From Candidatus Dadabacteria bacterium (GTDB taxonomy: Bacteria; Desulfobacterota_D; UBA1144; Nemesobacterales; UBA2774), in assembly GCA_050247635.1 (NCBI GenBank), contig JBFWTW010000002.1, forward strand, positions 1-37,846: a stretch of DNA of 37,846 bases, in the 5' to 3' direction. Position numbers and translations under genes: made by a program. The notes beneath the pieces were generated by a model. The model was given only the letters and a program-made list of their open reading frames with translations. It had not been told where the DNA came from and did no database searches. How positions within the stretch are numbered: the first letter of the stretch is position 1; the number at the start of each line of letters is the position of its first letter. This document shows, piece after piece, positions 18,168-28,400 of this stretch.

Positions 18168-19434
18168 TCGCGTCAGTCTCCTCGAGCGGCACGTAGCCAA
18201 GCTCATCGACGGAGGCCCTCACTCTTTCGAGAAGGGGCGCGTCGATGTATTTCTCATCGATGAATTCCGGATACACGGGGAGCCTCTCCCTTAGCGTAAA
18301 GCCCGCAGCCTCGGAAAGCTCCTTCATGCTTTCGAGCCTGGGCCACGGGGCCTCCGGATTCACGTAATCTATCGTTATCGGCGAAACGCCGCCCAGGTCG
18401 TTCACGCCGGAATATAAAAAGAGCTGGTACGTCCCCGGGTTCAGATTGGGCGGTATCTGTACGTTCATGTCCTTTCCGAAGACGAGCCTCGTTATCGCGA
18501 CTATCTTCAGCATGTCCACGAAGTCGGGGGGCGGATACTTCTCCATGATTATCCCCTGCTTCGGGCAGAAGTTCTGTATGATCAATTCCTGTATGTGCCC
18601 GTAGGCATCGTTTAGGTCCTTGATTGCGAAGAGGGAATCCACCCTCTCTTCCCACGTCTCGCCGATGCCGACGAGGATCCCCGTCGTCCACGGGATGTCT
18701 AGCTCGCCCGCCGTTTCCATCGTCTTCATGCGCTGCTTCGGAACCTTGTCGGGGCACCTGTAATGCGCTTCGCCCTTTTTGAGGAGGCGCATGCTTATGT
18801 TTTCGAGCATTAGCCCCATGCTGGGATTCGATTTTTTAAAGCCGAGTAGCTCGTCATGCGTCGCCAGCCCGAGGTTCGTATGGGGGAAAATCCCCTCTTC
18901 GAGCGAGGCAACGCCCATGTCTATGAGGTATTCGGCGGTGGTTTCGTATCCTATCCCGCCGAGGGCGTCCCTGTATTCCTTGTATTTGAGCTCGGGCTTG
19001 TCCCCGGTGACGAAAAGAAGCTCCGTACAGCCGAGCTGCGCCCCCCTGGAGGCCATGTCGAGCACTTCGCCCGGCCTTAGGAACAGCGCCCCTTCACCGG
19101 GCTCGTATTTAAAGGTGCAGTATCCGCAATGGTTCCGGCAGAGCTGCGTCAGAGGGACGAAAACGTTCCGGGAGAACGTGAGCACCCTCCCCTTCCCCCT
19201 GTCTCTCATCTCGGACGCGGCCAGGAGTATATGAGGAAGCTCGTCGTTCCTGAGCCCGGCGATAGTAAGGGCGTCTTCCCTGTTTATCGTCTCGCCGGAG
19301 AGGACCTTCTCTATTATGCCGGCCGTCCTTACGGACGCGGACGCCTCCGACCCGAGCATGTCAGTAATGCCGCGCAAACGGTCGGGAAAGGGAGTATTAT
19401 CCCCCGAAGGTATGAGAGCTTCTATATTCTTCAT
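18154..19434 (-). CDS. cofG: FO synthase subunit 1 (radical SAM, CofG type)
   Basis: LTFSRNVFVPLTQLCRNHCGYCTF closely matches the CofG signature. The gene lies between cofD and cofH on the same strand. Confidence 0.82.
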   Translation of the reverse strand: MKNIEALIPSGDNTPFPDRLRGITDMLGSEASASVRTAGIIEKVLSGETINREDALTIAGLRNDELPHILLAASEMRDRGKGRVLTFSRNVFVPLTQLCRNHCGYCTFKYEPGEGALFLRPGEVLDMASRGAQLGCTELLFVTGDKPELKYKEYRDALGGIGYETTAEYLIDMGVASLEEGIFPHTNLGLATHDELLGFKKSNPSMGLMLENISMRLLKKGEAHYRCPDKVPKQRMKTMETAGELDIPWTTGILVGIGETWEERVDSLFAIKDLNDAYGHIQELIIQNFCPKQGIIMEKYPPPDFVDMLKIVAITRLVFGKDMNVQIPPNLNPGTYQLFLYSGVNDLGGVSPITIDYVNPEAPWPRLESMKELSEAAGFTLRERLPVYPEFIDEKYIDAPLLERVRASVDELGYVPLEETDANGSN

Positions 19435-19561
19435 ATTAAGTGGCTTTTCTCCCGCGGCCCCGCGGAAGAAACTGTTTTAACACCTGAAAGGCGCTTTCAC
19501 CCCAAGCGTATCAAGTAATATTCTCACAAACGGGCGGATAAAGTCAAGCTGGAAAAAGGCG

Positions 19562-20488
19562 TCAAAGGAGGCTTGTCACGGTATCGGCCAGCGCCGCCGC
19601 CCTTTCGGGCGCGGGCATAAGTATGTCCGTCACGAGGGGCTCGATTCCGAGGCTTTTTATCTCGTCCGCCTCGTGGGCGTCACGGGTGTCTATTATCATG
19701 ACGTCGAGGAAATCCCTGTAGAGCTCGGCCACCTGCGCGGAGGTCACCCTGAGCCCGAGCCCCTTCATGAGCCTGTCGGCGGGGCCCTTTAACGGCACGT
19801 CGCCGATAAGAGGGCTTATCGCTATCTTTCTGGCCCCGGACTCCCTTATGGCGTCTCTTACGCCCGTGAGGCCTAGAATGGGCCCTATGCTGATTATGGG
19901 GTTACTCGGGCAGATTATTATCCCCCTCGCCCCCCGGATGGCGCCCAGAACCGCGGGCGTCGGCGCGGCTTTCTCTATATTTTTGAGCGCTACGCCCAGT
20001 ACCTCGGGCTTCATCTTGTTTTTTACGAGATATTCCTGAAAATGCATCTCCCCCTCGGGCGTATCGATCCACGTTTCGACGTCGTCATCGGTCATCGGGA
20101 GGACGTTTATGTTGCCCGGGAGGCCGAAAGCGGCCGCTATCCTGGAGGCAGTCTCCGTGGCCGAGACACCCTGCGAGCGGAGGTGCGTCCTTAGAATATG
20201 GGTCGCGAAGTCCGAATCCCCGATATTGAACCAGGTTTCCCCTCCGAGCCTTGAAATGGCCGAAAGGCATTTGAAGGTGTCGTCTTTCAGGCCCCATCCC
20301 CTATGCCTGTCCACGTGGCCCGAGAGCCTGTATATGACGGTATCGACGTCGGGAGAGACCCTTAGGCCGTGAATTGTTATGTCGTCCCCTGTGTTTACGA
20401 CTGCGTTAAGGGATTCACTGCCGATTACGGCGGAAAGGCCTTCAAGGAATTTTGCAGCCCCGACTCCGCCCCCGAGAGCAGTTATCAT
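19562..20488 (-). CDS. cofD: 2-phospho-L-lactate transferase
   Basis: MITALGGGVGAAKFLEGL ... VVNTGDDITIHGLRVSPDVDTVIYRLSG...GWGLKDDTF are CofD-type blocks. The gene is the first of the cofD-cofG-cofH string. Confidence 0.82.
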   Translation of the reverse strand: MITALGGGVGAAKFLEGLSAVIGSESLNAVVNTGDDITIHGLRVSPDVDTVIYRLSGHVDRHRGWGLKDDTFKCLSAISRLGGETWFNIGDSDFATHILRTHLRSQGVSATETASRIAAAFGLPGNINVLPMTDDDVETWIDTPEGEMHFQEYLVKNKMKPEVLGVALKNIEKAAPTPAVLGAIRGARGIIICPSNPIISIGPILGLTGVRDAIRESGARKIAISPLIGDVPLKGPADRLMKGLGLRVTSAQVAELYRDFLDVMIIDTRDAHEADEIKSLGIEPLVTDILMPAPERAAALADTVTSLL

Positions 20489-20558
20489 AAGGTTAAACCT
20501 TTAAAGAGAGAAGTTAACTCCTTCCCTCGGCAAATGCGGCCGGGAGATTGAGCGGGTA

Positions 20559-20587
20559 AGCATATTTAACCCCCCCGGGGCTGTCAA
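20559..20587 (-). promoter_or_regulatory. Candidate promoter for cofD-cofG-cofH
   Basis: On the minus strand: TTGACA (20587-20582), 17-nt spacer, TATGCT (20564-20559), about 70 nt upstream of the cofD ATG. The -10 element is only 4/6. Confidence 0.3.
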
Positions 20588-20748
20588 GTTGCCCCGCACC
20601 GGGCCGCCGCCTCCCCTGGGGAGCCCCCTACGGCCCGTTCCCGGCCCCGCAGCGCCGAAGGGCCCGTTATTCCCGGCCCGAGTTGAAACTGAAACCGAAG
20701 TGATATAGATTTTTATATAAATTATCAGCCCGAGGGGTATATACAGAG

Positions 20749-22347
20749 ATGAGTCTTGACATTATAAGGAGTAAAAACGCCTGGTTTGTAAGGGGCGTAC
20801 TGATTTTGCTTGCGGTAATAATGGTGCTCGGACTTGGATTCATGTCCGACGATTTCGCCGGAATGATGTCCACACCGGTTAACGTAGCGGCCGAGGTCAA
20901 CGGCGAAGAGATAAGCGCGGCGGATTTCTCCATCATGCGCGACATTATAAAGGCCCAGCTGAGCCCCAACACCGAGCTTGCGCCCGACCAGATGCTTCAG
21001 CTAAACGCCATAGCGCTGAACCAGCTCATAAACACGAAGCTCCTCGCCCAGAAGGCGGAAGAGCTCGGGATCAGGATAACGGACGAAGAGCTCGTGGAGT
21101 CGATAACATCGAACCCTGCCTTCCAGATAGACGGCAAGTTCGTCGGCGGCGAAATGTTCGCGAACTTCATCCGGCAAACCCGGAACCAGTCCGTCGAGGA
21201 TTTCGAGGCGACCTACAGGGAAGAGATGCTAGCCGACAAAATGTCCTCGATCATACAGAACACGGCGGTAGTCACGGACGAGAACCTTCTCAGCGTCTAC
21301 ACGATGGAGAACGAAAAGGTAAACATCTCATACATCCAGCTCTCGGCGGAAGATTTCGCAAGCCAGGAGAACCCTACCGAAGACGAGATAAAGAGCTACT
21401 ACGAGAAGAACAAGGCTAAATTCGTAATGCCCGAATCGAGGAAGATAAGGTACGTCAAGCTCACCCCCGAAGCCTTCGAGTCCAGCATTAAGATCACGGA
21501 CGAAGAAATCAACTCGTACTATAACGCGTATACAGACGAGTTTCAGGCCGAAGACGGCAAGGTCCGCCCGATAGAAGAGGTAAAGGGCGACATAGAGGCC
21601 AAGCTCAAGGCCGGGCGCGCCGAGGCCGCAAGGCAGCGGCTTTCGGGCGAGACAGGGAGCGCCTCCGCGAAATCGGTAGACGCCGTGGCGGCCGAATACT
21701 CCGCCGGGCCTGTGCTCGAAGCCGGGCCGTTCGGCATGGGCGGCATCCTCGAGGACGTCCCGCCGATAATTACGCGGAGGGCCTTCGAGACCGAGTCCGG
21801 GCAGACGTTCCTCACCCCCGTCGGCAGCACAGTATGGGCCGTCGAGGTAACCGAGATAACCCCCAAGCGCGAGCAGACCTTCGAAGAGGCCAAAGAAGAG
21901 GCGACTCTTGCGTTAAAAGAGGAGAAGGCAGCCTCGAAAGCGTCCGAAAAAGCCGCCGAGATAGTAAAGCAGCTGAACGCCGCGGGCAGGGCCAATCTTA
22001 ACGCCGAGGCGAAAAAACTAGGGCTCGAAATGAAGGAAACGGGCTATTTTTCCCGGAGGGATAACGTCCCGGGGATAGGCTCCACCGAGCTCAGGACCGA
22101 CGCCTTTCAGATAGATCCCAAGCTCGCCGTCTCAAATAAGGTCTATACTAATGGTGAATATTTCTACATAGTCTCGTTTAAGGATAAGCAGGGCGCTTCG
22201 ATGGACGAGTTCCAGCAGAAGAAAGAGGAGATAAGGGCGAATCAGCTCGACCGCCAGCGTGCCGAGATCATGCAGAACTGGCTTCAGGATATGAGGCGGC
22301 GGGCCGAGATAATCCCGAACGCCCAGCTATTCCCCGCGCAGGGATAA
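20749..22347 (+). CDS. PpiD/SurA-N-like membrane-anchored periplasmic chaperone
   Basis: N-terminal anchor AWFVRGVLILLAVIMVLGLGF, followed by a SurA-N-like segment (VNGEEISAADF..., LNQLINTKLLAQKAEELGIRITDEEL). I could not see a clear parvulin core, so PPIase activity is uncertain. Confidence 0.7.
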   Translation: MSLDIIRSKNAWFVRGVLILLAVIMVLGLGFMSDDFAGMMSTPVNVAAEVNGEEISAADFSIMRDIIKAQLSPNTELAPDQMLQLNAIALNQLINTKLLAQKAEELGIRITDEELVESITSNPAFQIDGKFVGGEMFANFIRQTRNQSVEDFEATYREEMLADKMSSIIQNTAVVTDENLLSVYTMENEKVNISYIQLSAEDFASQENPTEDEIKSYYEKNKAKFVMPESRKIRYVKLTPEAFESSIKITDEEINSYYNAYTDEFQAEDGKVRPIEEVKGDIEAKLKAGRAEAARQRLSGETGSASAKSVDAVAAEYSAGPVLEAGPFGMGGILEDVPPIITRRAFETESGQTFLTPVGSTVWAVEVTEITPKREQTFEEAKEEATLALKEEKAASKASEKAAEIVKQLNAAGRANLNAEAKKLGLEMKETGYFSRRDNVPGIGSTELRTDAFQIDPKLAVSNKVYTNGEYFYIVSFKDKQGASMDEFQQKKEEIRANQLDRQRAEIMQNWLQDMRRRAEIIPNAQLFPAQG

Positions 22348-22373
22348 AATGCATAAGGGAGCAAAAGGCAACA

Positions 22374-25300
22374 TTGTCTAAGAGAGCTCTTGTCATCGGT
22401 TCCGACAGGGATTACTGCTATGTAATAAAGGAATTCCTGGAGCTGAGAGAGTTATATACGACCGTGGTCTTGAACTACAAGGACGGCCTGGACCGGTTGT
22501 TCTACGAGAAGCCGGACCTCGCCGTTTTGGAGCTCATAGACCAGGAGCTGAGCCCGGCGCTCCTCGGGTCTCTCCAGTCCTCGAACGACTTCGAGACGTT
22601 CGATTTCGCTTCCGGCGGCGCGCCGCCCCCCGGGCGAAAGCCGATTCTGATTTTCGACGACAAGGGCAGCCTTACCTCACTTTTCGATTTCATCAAAAAG
22701 AACTATTCCGAGAAATCCCCCGTGAAGGGGCCGGCGAACACGGAGAACGAGGGCGACATGGGATCGACCTTCTTCCCCTGCATCCTCGCCGAGCTGTACG
22801 AGAAGAAAAAGACGGGTCTGCTGTCCATCAAGTCGAACTCCAATCTCGACGTCTACTTCACCGGCGGCGTTCCGACGTTCGCCGAGGGCGGCGACGTCGA
22901 AACTGCCATAGGGCGCATACTCCTCGACAGGGGCATAATCGACCGCGAGAGTTACGATAAGGCAATAGATATCTCTGCCAATACAGACCAGAAATTCGGG
23001 GAGATACTCTTCAGCATGGGTATCACGTCCCCCCACGAGCTAAGCACATACCTAGAGCTCCAGATAGAAGAGAAGATACTCCGGGGGTTTTACTACATCC
23101 AGGGCAAATACGAATTCAGGGAGGGCCCGAATTCGCCCGACTCGGCCGTCTCATACCAGCTGAGCCTTCCCCGGCTCGTATACGAAGGAATAAAAAGACA
23201 CGTAGACGTCGATGACCTCGTGGACAGAAACCCTGTCATCGAAGTAAAGCCGAGGCTCAAGTCAGAGGTCAACAACCTCGGGCTCAAGCCCAAAGAGCTC
23301 AGATTCGTACAGCTTTTAAAACCGAGGGCTCATTTAAAAGAAGTGCTAGAATCCTCGCGCCTCGAAAAGGACGAGACCCTTAAGCTCCTCTACTTCCTCT
23401 CGCTCTTCAGGCTCCTATCCATACCGGGCCTCGCGGTGGACAGGGTCGGGCGGGCTTCGATCGAAAAGAGGCTCGGCGAAATGGAGCCCGAAAGGGATTT
23501 GGCCGCCGTCGCGGATATCGCGGCAGAAGAAGTTTCGGCTGCAACCCCGGAGGCGGAAGAAGCATCCGTAACCAGGCTCGAAATAGTGGAAGACGAAGAA
23601 GAGGAAAAGGTTTGGGAAATCGAGATGGACGAGGATATCGGCGACATGGACGACTTCGCCCGTAGCCTCGAAGAGAGCATGCCGGAATCCGGGGAAAGCG
23701 AGCTCGTTACAGAAGATAACCAAGAAGAGCTCTCACTCGAAACAGAGCTCTCCCCGACAGAAGCGGAGCCGGAGCACTCGCCCAACGAAATATCGGAAAT
23801 AGAGATTAACGAAACCCCGGAAACAAGCGAAAATCCGGGGATTCCGGAAATACCGGGGATAGAGGAAGAAACCACGGTCTCCGGCATAGAAAACCTCCTT
23901 ATCGACAGCCCTGATACAGCCGGAGAGGCCCCCGGTGAATCCACCGGCGATTGGAAGCCGTTCCAGAACGACGAGTCGCCGATGCCGTGGGAGGCAGAGC
24001 ACGAAGAGGTTCCCATAGAGCCTATATCGATAGAATCCGGGGCTGAAGAGACCGGAGAAGTATTCGAAATCGAGCTTGAAACATCCGATAACGAGGCTGA
24101 TATAGCGGCCGAGGAAACTGAGGAAGCCGATTTCTCGGCCCCGCCTCAGTCCGAACCCGCCATAAGCGAATTCACCGCCGGAGCCGGCGAAATAAGCGCC
24201 GAGGAGATATCCCTCGAAGTCGAATCCGGCGCATCCGAAGAGGAGACGGATCTCTCGGCGGGCGAGACGCCGGAGATAGAAATAGGCGAGACCCCGGAAA
24301 CAAGCGAGACTCCTGAGATTGTAGAAGAACAAAAAGAAGAAAAAGTGTGGGAGATCGATTTCAGCTCGTTCGACGAGCCGGAAAAGAGCGGCGGTGGAGA
24401 AGAACCAAATACGGACGAGGGCTTCAAGAGCGCATTTCACCTTGAGCAAGACGAGCCCGAGGCGGAAGTCCCCGCCCCGGCCGGTGAGCCCGCTGACGTG
24501 GACGAGCAGAACCCGTTCCACTCATCTGTAGGGCCCGAAACCGAGCCCGAGCTTGTCCTCGACCTCGACAGGGATGCCACACGCGACGAATCCGAAAAAG
24601 AGGGAGAAGAGAAACCGGATGACCCCTCGTTCGAGCACAGCTGGGGCGCCGCCGGCAACAATACGGGCGACGTTTTCACAGACCGCGTCAACGGCTTTTA
24701 CGAAGGCCTCGAAGCGAAAGACCATTACGAAGTACTCGGCGTCGGGAAAGGATCTTCGAACGAGCAGATACGAGACGCCTACTACAAGCTCGTAAAGAAC
24801 TACCACCCGGACGTTAACCCGGGCGCCGACCACGACACGAGGGTAAAGGCCGAGGAGATATTCACGCGCATAACGTCTGCATACGAAACACTGTCCCAAA
24901 ACGACAAGAGGGTTGAGTACGATTCCCAGGAAGAGCTCGCCGACCTCAAGAACCAGGCCAAGTACATATACGAGGCGGAGATGGCGTTTAAAAAAGGCAT
25001 TACCCTGCTCATACAGCGTAATTACGCCGAAGCGGAAAAAAATATCCGCGAGGCCGTTACCATGAACCCCGAGGAGGCCGCCTACGTCGGCGCCCACGGG
25101 TGGACGAGGTATCTCGCCGCCGAGAATAAATCCAGCGTGCTTTCGGAATCGATAAAAACCATCGAACAGGCTATAAAGATGAACGGGAAAATAGCCGAGA
25201 ACCAGTACTATCTCGGCTCCATCTACAAAAACCAGAACGACCTCAAGAACGCCGAAAAATGTTTTCAGAAGGCAATAGAGATCGAGCCCGATTATATCGA

Positions 25301-25400
25301 AGCCAAAAGAGAGCTCAGGCTTATAAACACCCGCAAAATGAACGCGAGGAACGACAAAAAGCCCGAAAAAAAGTTCTGGTCGAGCCTTTTCAAGAGGTAG
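22374..25400 (+). CDS. Multidomain J-domain protein: receiver-like N-terminus, DUF4388-like domain, ~390-aa acidic linker, DnaJ J-domain (HPD) and C-terminal TPR repeats
   Basis: TTG start with AAGGGA upstream. N-terminus KRALVIGSDRDY...PDLAVLELID (CheY-like pattern). FFPCILAELYEKKKTGLLSIKSNSNLDVYFTGGVPTFAEGG starts at 22770 (DUF4388-like). J-domain DHYEVLGVGKGSSNEQIRDAYYKLVKNYHPDVNPG runs 24720-24923, with HPD at 24804-12. TPR-like AEKNIREAVTMNPEEAAY...AEKCFQKAIEIEPDYIEAKREL. Confidence 0.85.
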   Translation: MSKRALVIGSDRDYCYVIKEFLELRELYTTVVLNYKDGLDRLFYEKPDLAVLELIDQELSPALLGSLQSSNDFETFDFASGGAPPPGRKPILIFDDKGSLTSLFDFIKKNYSEKSPVKGPANTENEGDMGSTFFPCILAELYEKKKTGLLSIKSNSNLDVYFTGGVPTFAEGGDVETAIGRILLDRGIIDRESYDKAIDISANTDQKFGEILFSMGITSPHELSTYLELQIEEKILRGFYYIQGKYEFREGPNSPDSAVSYQLSLPRLVYEGIKRHVDVDDLVDRNPVIEVKPRLKSEVNNLGLKPKELRFVQLLKPRAHLKEVLESSRLEKDETLKLLYFLSLFRLLSIPGLAVDRVGRASIEKRLGEMEPERDLAAVADIAAEEVSAATPEAEEASVTRLEIVEDEEEEKVWEIEMDEDIGDMDDFARSLEESMPESGESELVTEDNQEELSLETELSPTEAEPEHSPNEISEIEINETPETSENPGIPEIPGIEEETTVSGIENLLIDSPDTAGEAPGESTGDWKPFQNDESPMPWEAEHEEVPIEPISIESGAEETGEVFEIELETSDNEADIAAEETEEADFSAPPQSEPAISEFTAGAGEISAEEISLEVESGASEEETDLSAGETPEIEIGETPETSETPEIVEEQKEEKVWEIDFSSFDEPEKSGGGEEPNTDEGFKSAFHLEQDEPEAEVPAPAGEPADVDEQNPFHSSVGPETEPELVLDLDRDATRDESEKEGEEKPDDPSFEHSWGAAGNNTGDVFTDRVNGFYEGLEAKDHYEVLGVGKGSSNEQIRDAYYKLVKNYHPDVNPGADHDTRVKAEEIFTRITSAYETLSQNDKRVEYDSQEELADLKNQAKYIYEAEMAFKKGITLLIQRNYAEAEKNIREAVTMNPEEAAYVGAHGWTRYLAAENKSSVLSESIKTIEQAIKMNGKIAENQYYLGSIYKNQNDLKNAEKCFQKAIEIEPDYIEAKRELRLINTRKMNARNDKKPEKKFWSSLFKR

Positions 25401-25423
25401 CGATCCCATCGCCGCCCCTTTGC

Positions 25424-25459
25424 CCCGCCAAGCTTTTCCCCGGCGGGTTATTTACTTTT
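25424..25459 (+). terminator. Possible intrinsic terminator after the J-domain gene
   Basis: Stem CCCGCC (25424-29) / GGCGGG (25442-47) with a 12-nt loop, followed by TTATTTACTTTT. The stem is short, so this call is weak. Confidence 0.3.
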
Positions 25460-25496
25460 GCCCCGGTTTTGATTATCTTGAACGAGACTCTCTGCA

Positions 25497-28400
25497 ATGA
25501 AAATAAAGTCACTGGAAATATCCGGCTTTAAATCCTTCTACGATAAGACACGTATCCACTTCGACCACGAGCTCAACGCGATCGTGGGGCCGAACGGCTG
25601 CGGCAAGTCGAATATCATAGACGCCATAAGGTGGATTCTGGGCGAGCAGAACCCGCGGCAGCTCCGTGCGAACGTCATGGAAGAGATAATCTCGAACGGA
25701 AGCGAGTTCTTAAAGCCCCTAGGCATGGCCGAAGTGTCGCTCGTGATGGAGAAGGTGCCGACCTACGAATTCGAGCAGGTCGAGATAAAGCGCCGCGTGT
25801 TCCGCTCGGGCGAGAACGAGTACTATTTGAACGGCGTCCAGTGCAGGCTGAAGGACATTACCGACATATTCATAGATACAGGCTCGGGCGCGAGGGCGTT
25901 CTCGATCATCGGACAGGGCCGGGTAGACCAGCTCATCACGGCCAAGCCCGAGGATAAGAGGACGGTCATAGAAGAGGTCGCCGGCATAAGGAAGTACAAG
26001 CTCAGGCGGCGCGAGACAGAGACACGCATCAAGACCACCCGCGAGAACCTCTCCCGCGTCAAGGATATGACGAACGAGGTAAAGCGCCAGATGGAAACCC
26101 TGAGCCTCCAGGCCAAGCAGGCGGCAGAGTTCAGGGAGCTTTCCGAGGAAGCCCGGGTTCTCGAATACCGTATACTCCGCGCCAGGACCCGGAAGCTCGA
26201 AACCAGGAGGCAGAAGGTGCTCGCCGAGAAGGCCACGCTCGACCGCCAAGTCTCGGAAGCCGAGGCCGAGATCATCCAGGCCGCGGGGGTGCAGAAGGCG
26301 CTCGGCCAGCGCGCGCACGAGTCCGAAGAAGCGCTCAGGCAGCTCGAAGAGGCCATATTCAGGACGAGGACCGAGCTTAACCAGAAGATATCGTCCCAGG
26401 AACTTATAAAAACAGAAATATCTAACATCGACAGGTTCATCGAAAAGATAGAGAGCGAGACCGGCCTCATGACGAACGAGCGCGTGAGCCTCCTCTCGCA
26501 GATCGACGCCAAGAAGGCGTCCCTCGAAGAAGTCGGGGAAGCCCTCAGGCTGGGCCGCGAGGACATAGCCGCAAGCGAGGAAAAGCTTACGGGTGTAAAA
26601 GCGGGCTTCGCCGAGATAAGGACGGAGCACAGGGAGATAAGGGACTCCCTCTTCAAAACGCTCGACGAGTACAGCTCGCTCAAGGGTGCGGCGCTCGGAT
26701 ACGAAAAGGAGCTGAAAGAGCTTTATTCCAAGAAAGAATCCATAGACAGGGAAATAGCCGAGGCTGGCGAGGAAAAAGAACATCTCCTCTCCGAGATCTC
26801 GCGTATGGAGCGGATACTCGCCGACTACGAAGCCCGGAAGGCCGGGATAAGAGAGAAAAAAGAAGAGCTCAAGTCGGCCATGGGGTCGGCCCGCGAGGAA
26901 AGGGCACGGCACGCAGCCGAGAACGAATCGGGGCGTGAGGAGCTCAAGGAAAACGCTTCGAGGCTGAACGCACTAAACCAGATAGAAATAAATTACGAAT
27001 GGCTCCCCGAAGGCATAAGGGATTTCATACTCGAGAACAAGGGGAACGGGGTCCTCGGCACGGTGTCGGACTTCATATCGGCCTTCGAGGGCTACGAAAG
27101 GGCGGTCGAATCGGCCCTCGGCGAGAAGATAAAGTGGATAGTCGTCGGCGGACACGACGAGGCTATACGCGCCGTGGACGCGCTCCGCGAGCGTTCGCTC
27201 GGGCGCGGGACGTTCATACCGGGCGGGCAGCAGAACGGCGCCGGGCACGGAAGCGTGCTGCCCGATTGCAAGGCCCTCTCCGAGCTCGTCGAGCTCGGCC
27301 CGGACGGCCCCGAATCCGTAAGGGAGATGCTTAAGAGCATATACCTCGTCCCAACGCTCGGCCATGCGGTCGAGCTTCGGGCGTCGGCCCCTGAATACGC
27401 CTCTTTCGTTACGGCAGAGGGCGACTACATGCACCCCGACGGCGCGGTCTCGGGCGGCACGGCGCAGCCGGGCGTACTCGAAAGGAAGCGCGAGATAGAG
27501 AATTTAAAGTCCTCCGTCTCTACCCTCCAGAAATTTATAGACGCGAAGACCGCCGAGATCGAGGGGCTCGACTCACGCATCGAAGGCCTCGACGCAGACA
27601 TAAAGAGCCGCCAGGCGGAGCTCGCCGGGCTCGACATAAAAGAGGCCGAGACCCGTAAGGACATACACAACTTTAAGAACAACCTCGAAAAGCTCGAAAA
27701 GAGGATCGAGATCATAAACCGCATCCTCGCCGAAACCTCCATGGAGACGGACAAGAAGCTCGCCCTTATGGAAGAGACGCGGCAGAAGATAGAAAAGCTC
27801 GACGCCGAAAAGGCCGTTTTAGAGCAGAGGTTCGGCGACGTCGAGGCCCGGATAAAGAGCGCAGAGGATGAGGAGCGCGCGATAGAGCGTGAGATAGCGG
27901 ACAAGAAAGTGAGCTGCGCCTCGCTCATGCAGAAGGAAACGGGCATCATCGAAGACATAGCCGAGCTCGGAAAGCGGGTGCAGGGCATCGACAGGCGCCT
28001 CGAGCTCGAATCCCAGGGCATCGAGGAGAAAAAGCTCGAAAAGCTGAGATTCATCGACAGGGACAAGAGCACCGTAGACGAAATAGAAGAGATTAAGAAA
28101 GCGCTTTCCGAGAGCGAAGGGCGGCTCGGCAAAATGCGGGACGACAGGGCGGCGATACTCGCCGAGCTGAGAGCAGCCGAGGAGAAGCGCGAAACGGTGA
28201 ACGCGCGGCTCTCGGAGCTAAGGATAAAGAACAATTCCATCGAGCTCGACCTCAACAGCCTCCAGATCGAGATCGAGAACATAAGCGAGGCGATGAGAAG
28301 GAGCAGCTTCGCCGCGACCGGCTCCGAGGAAACACCGGCAGTGCCCGAGGACACGGAAGAGGAGGAGATCAACCTTTCCGCAGAGGAGCCCCGCCTCAGG

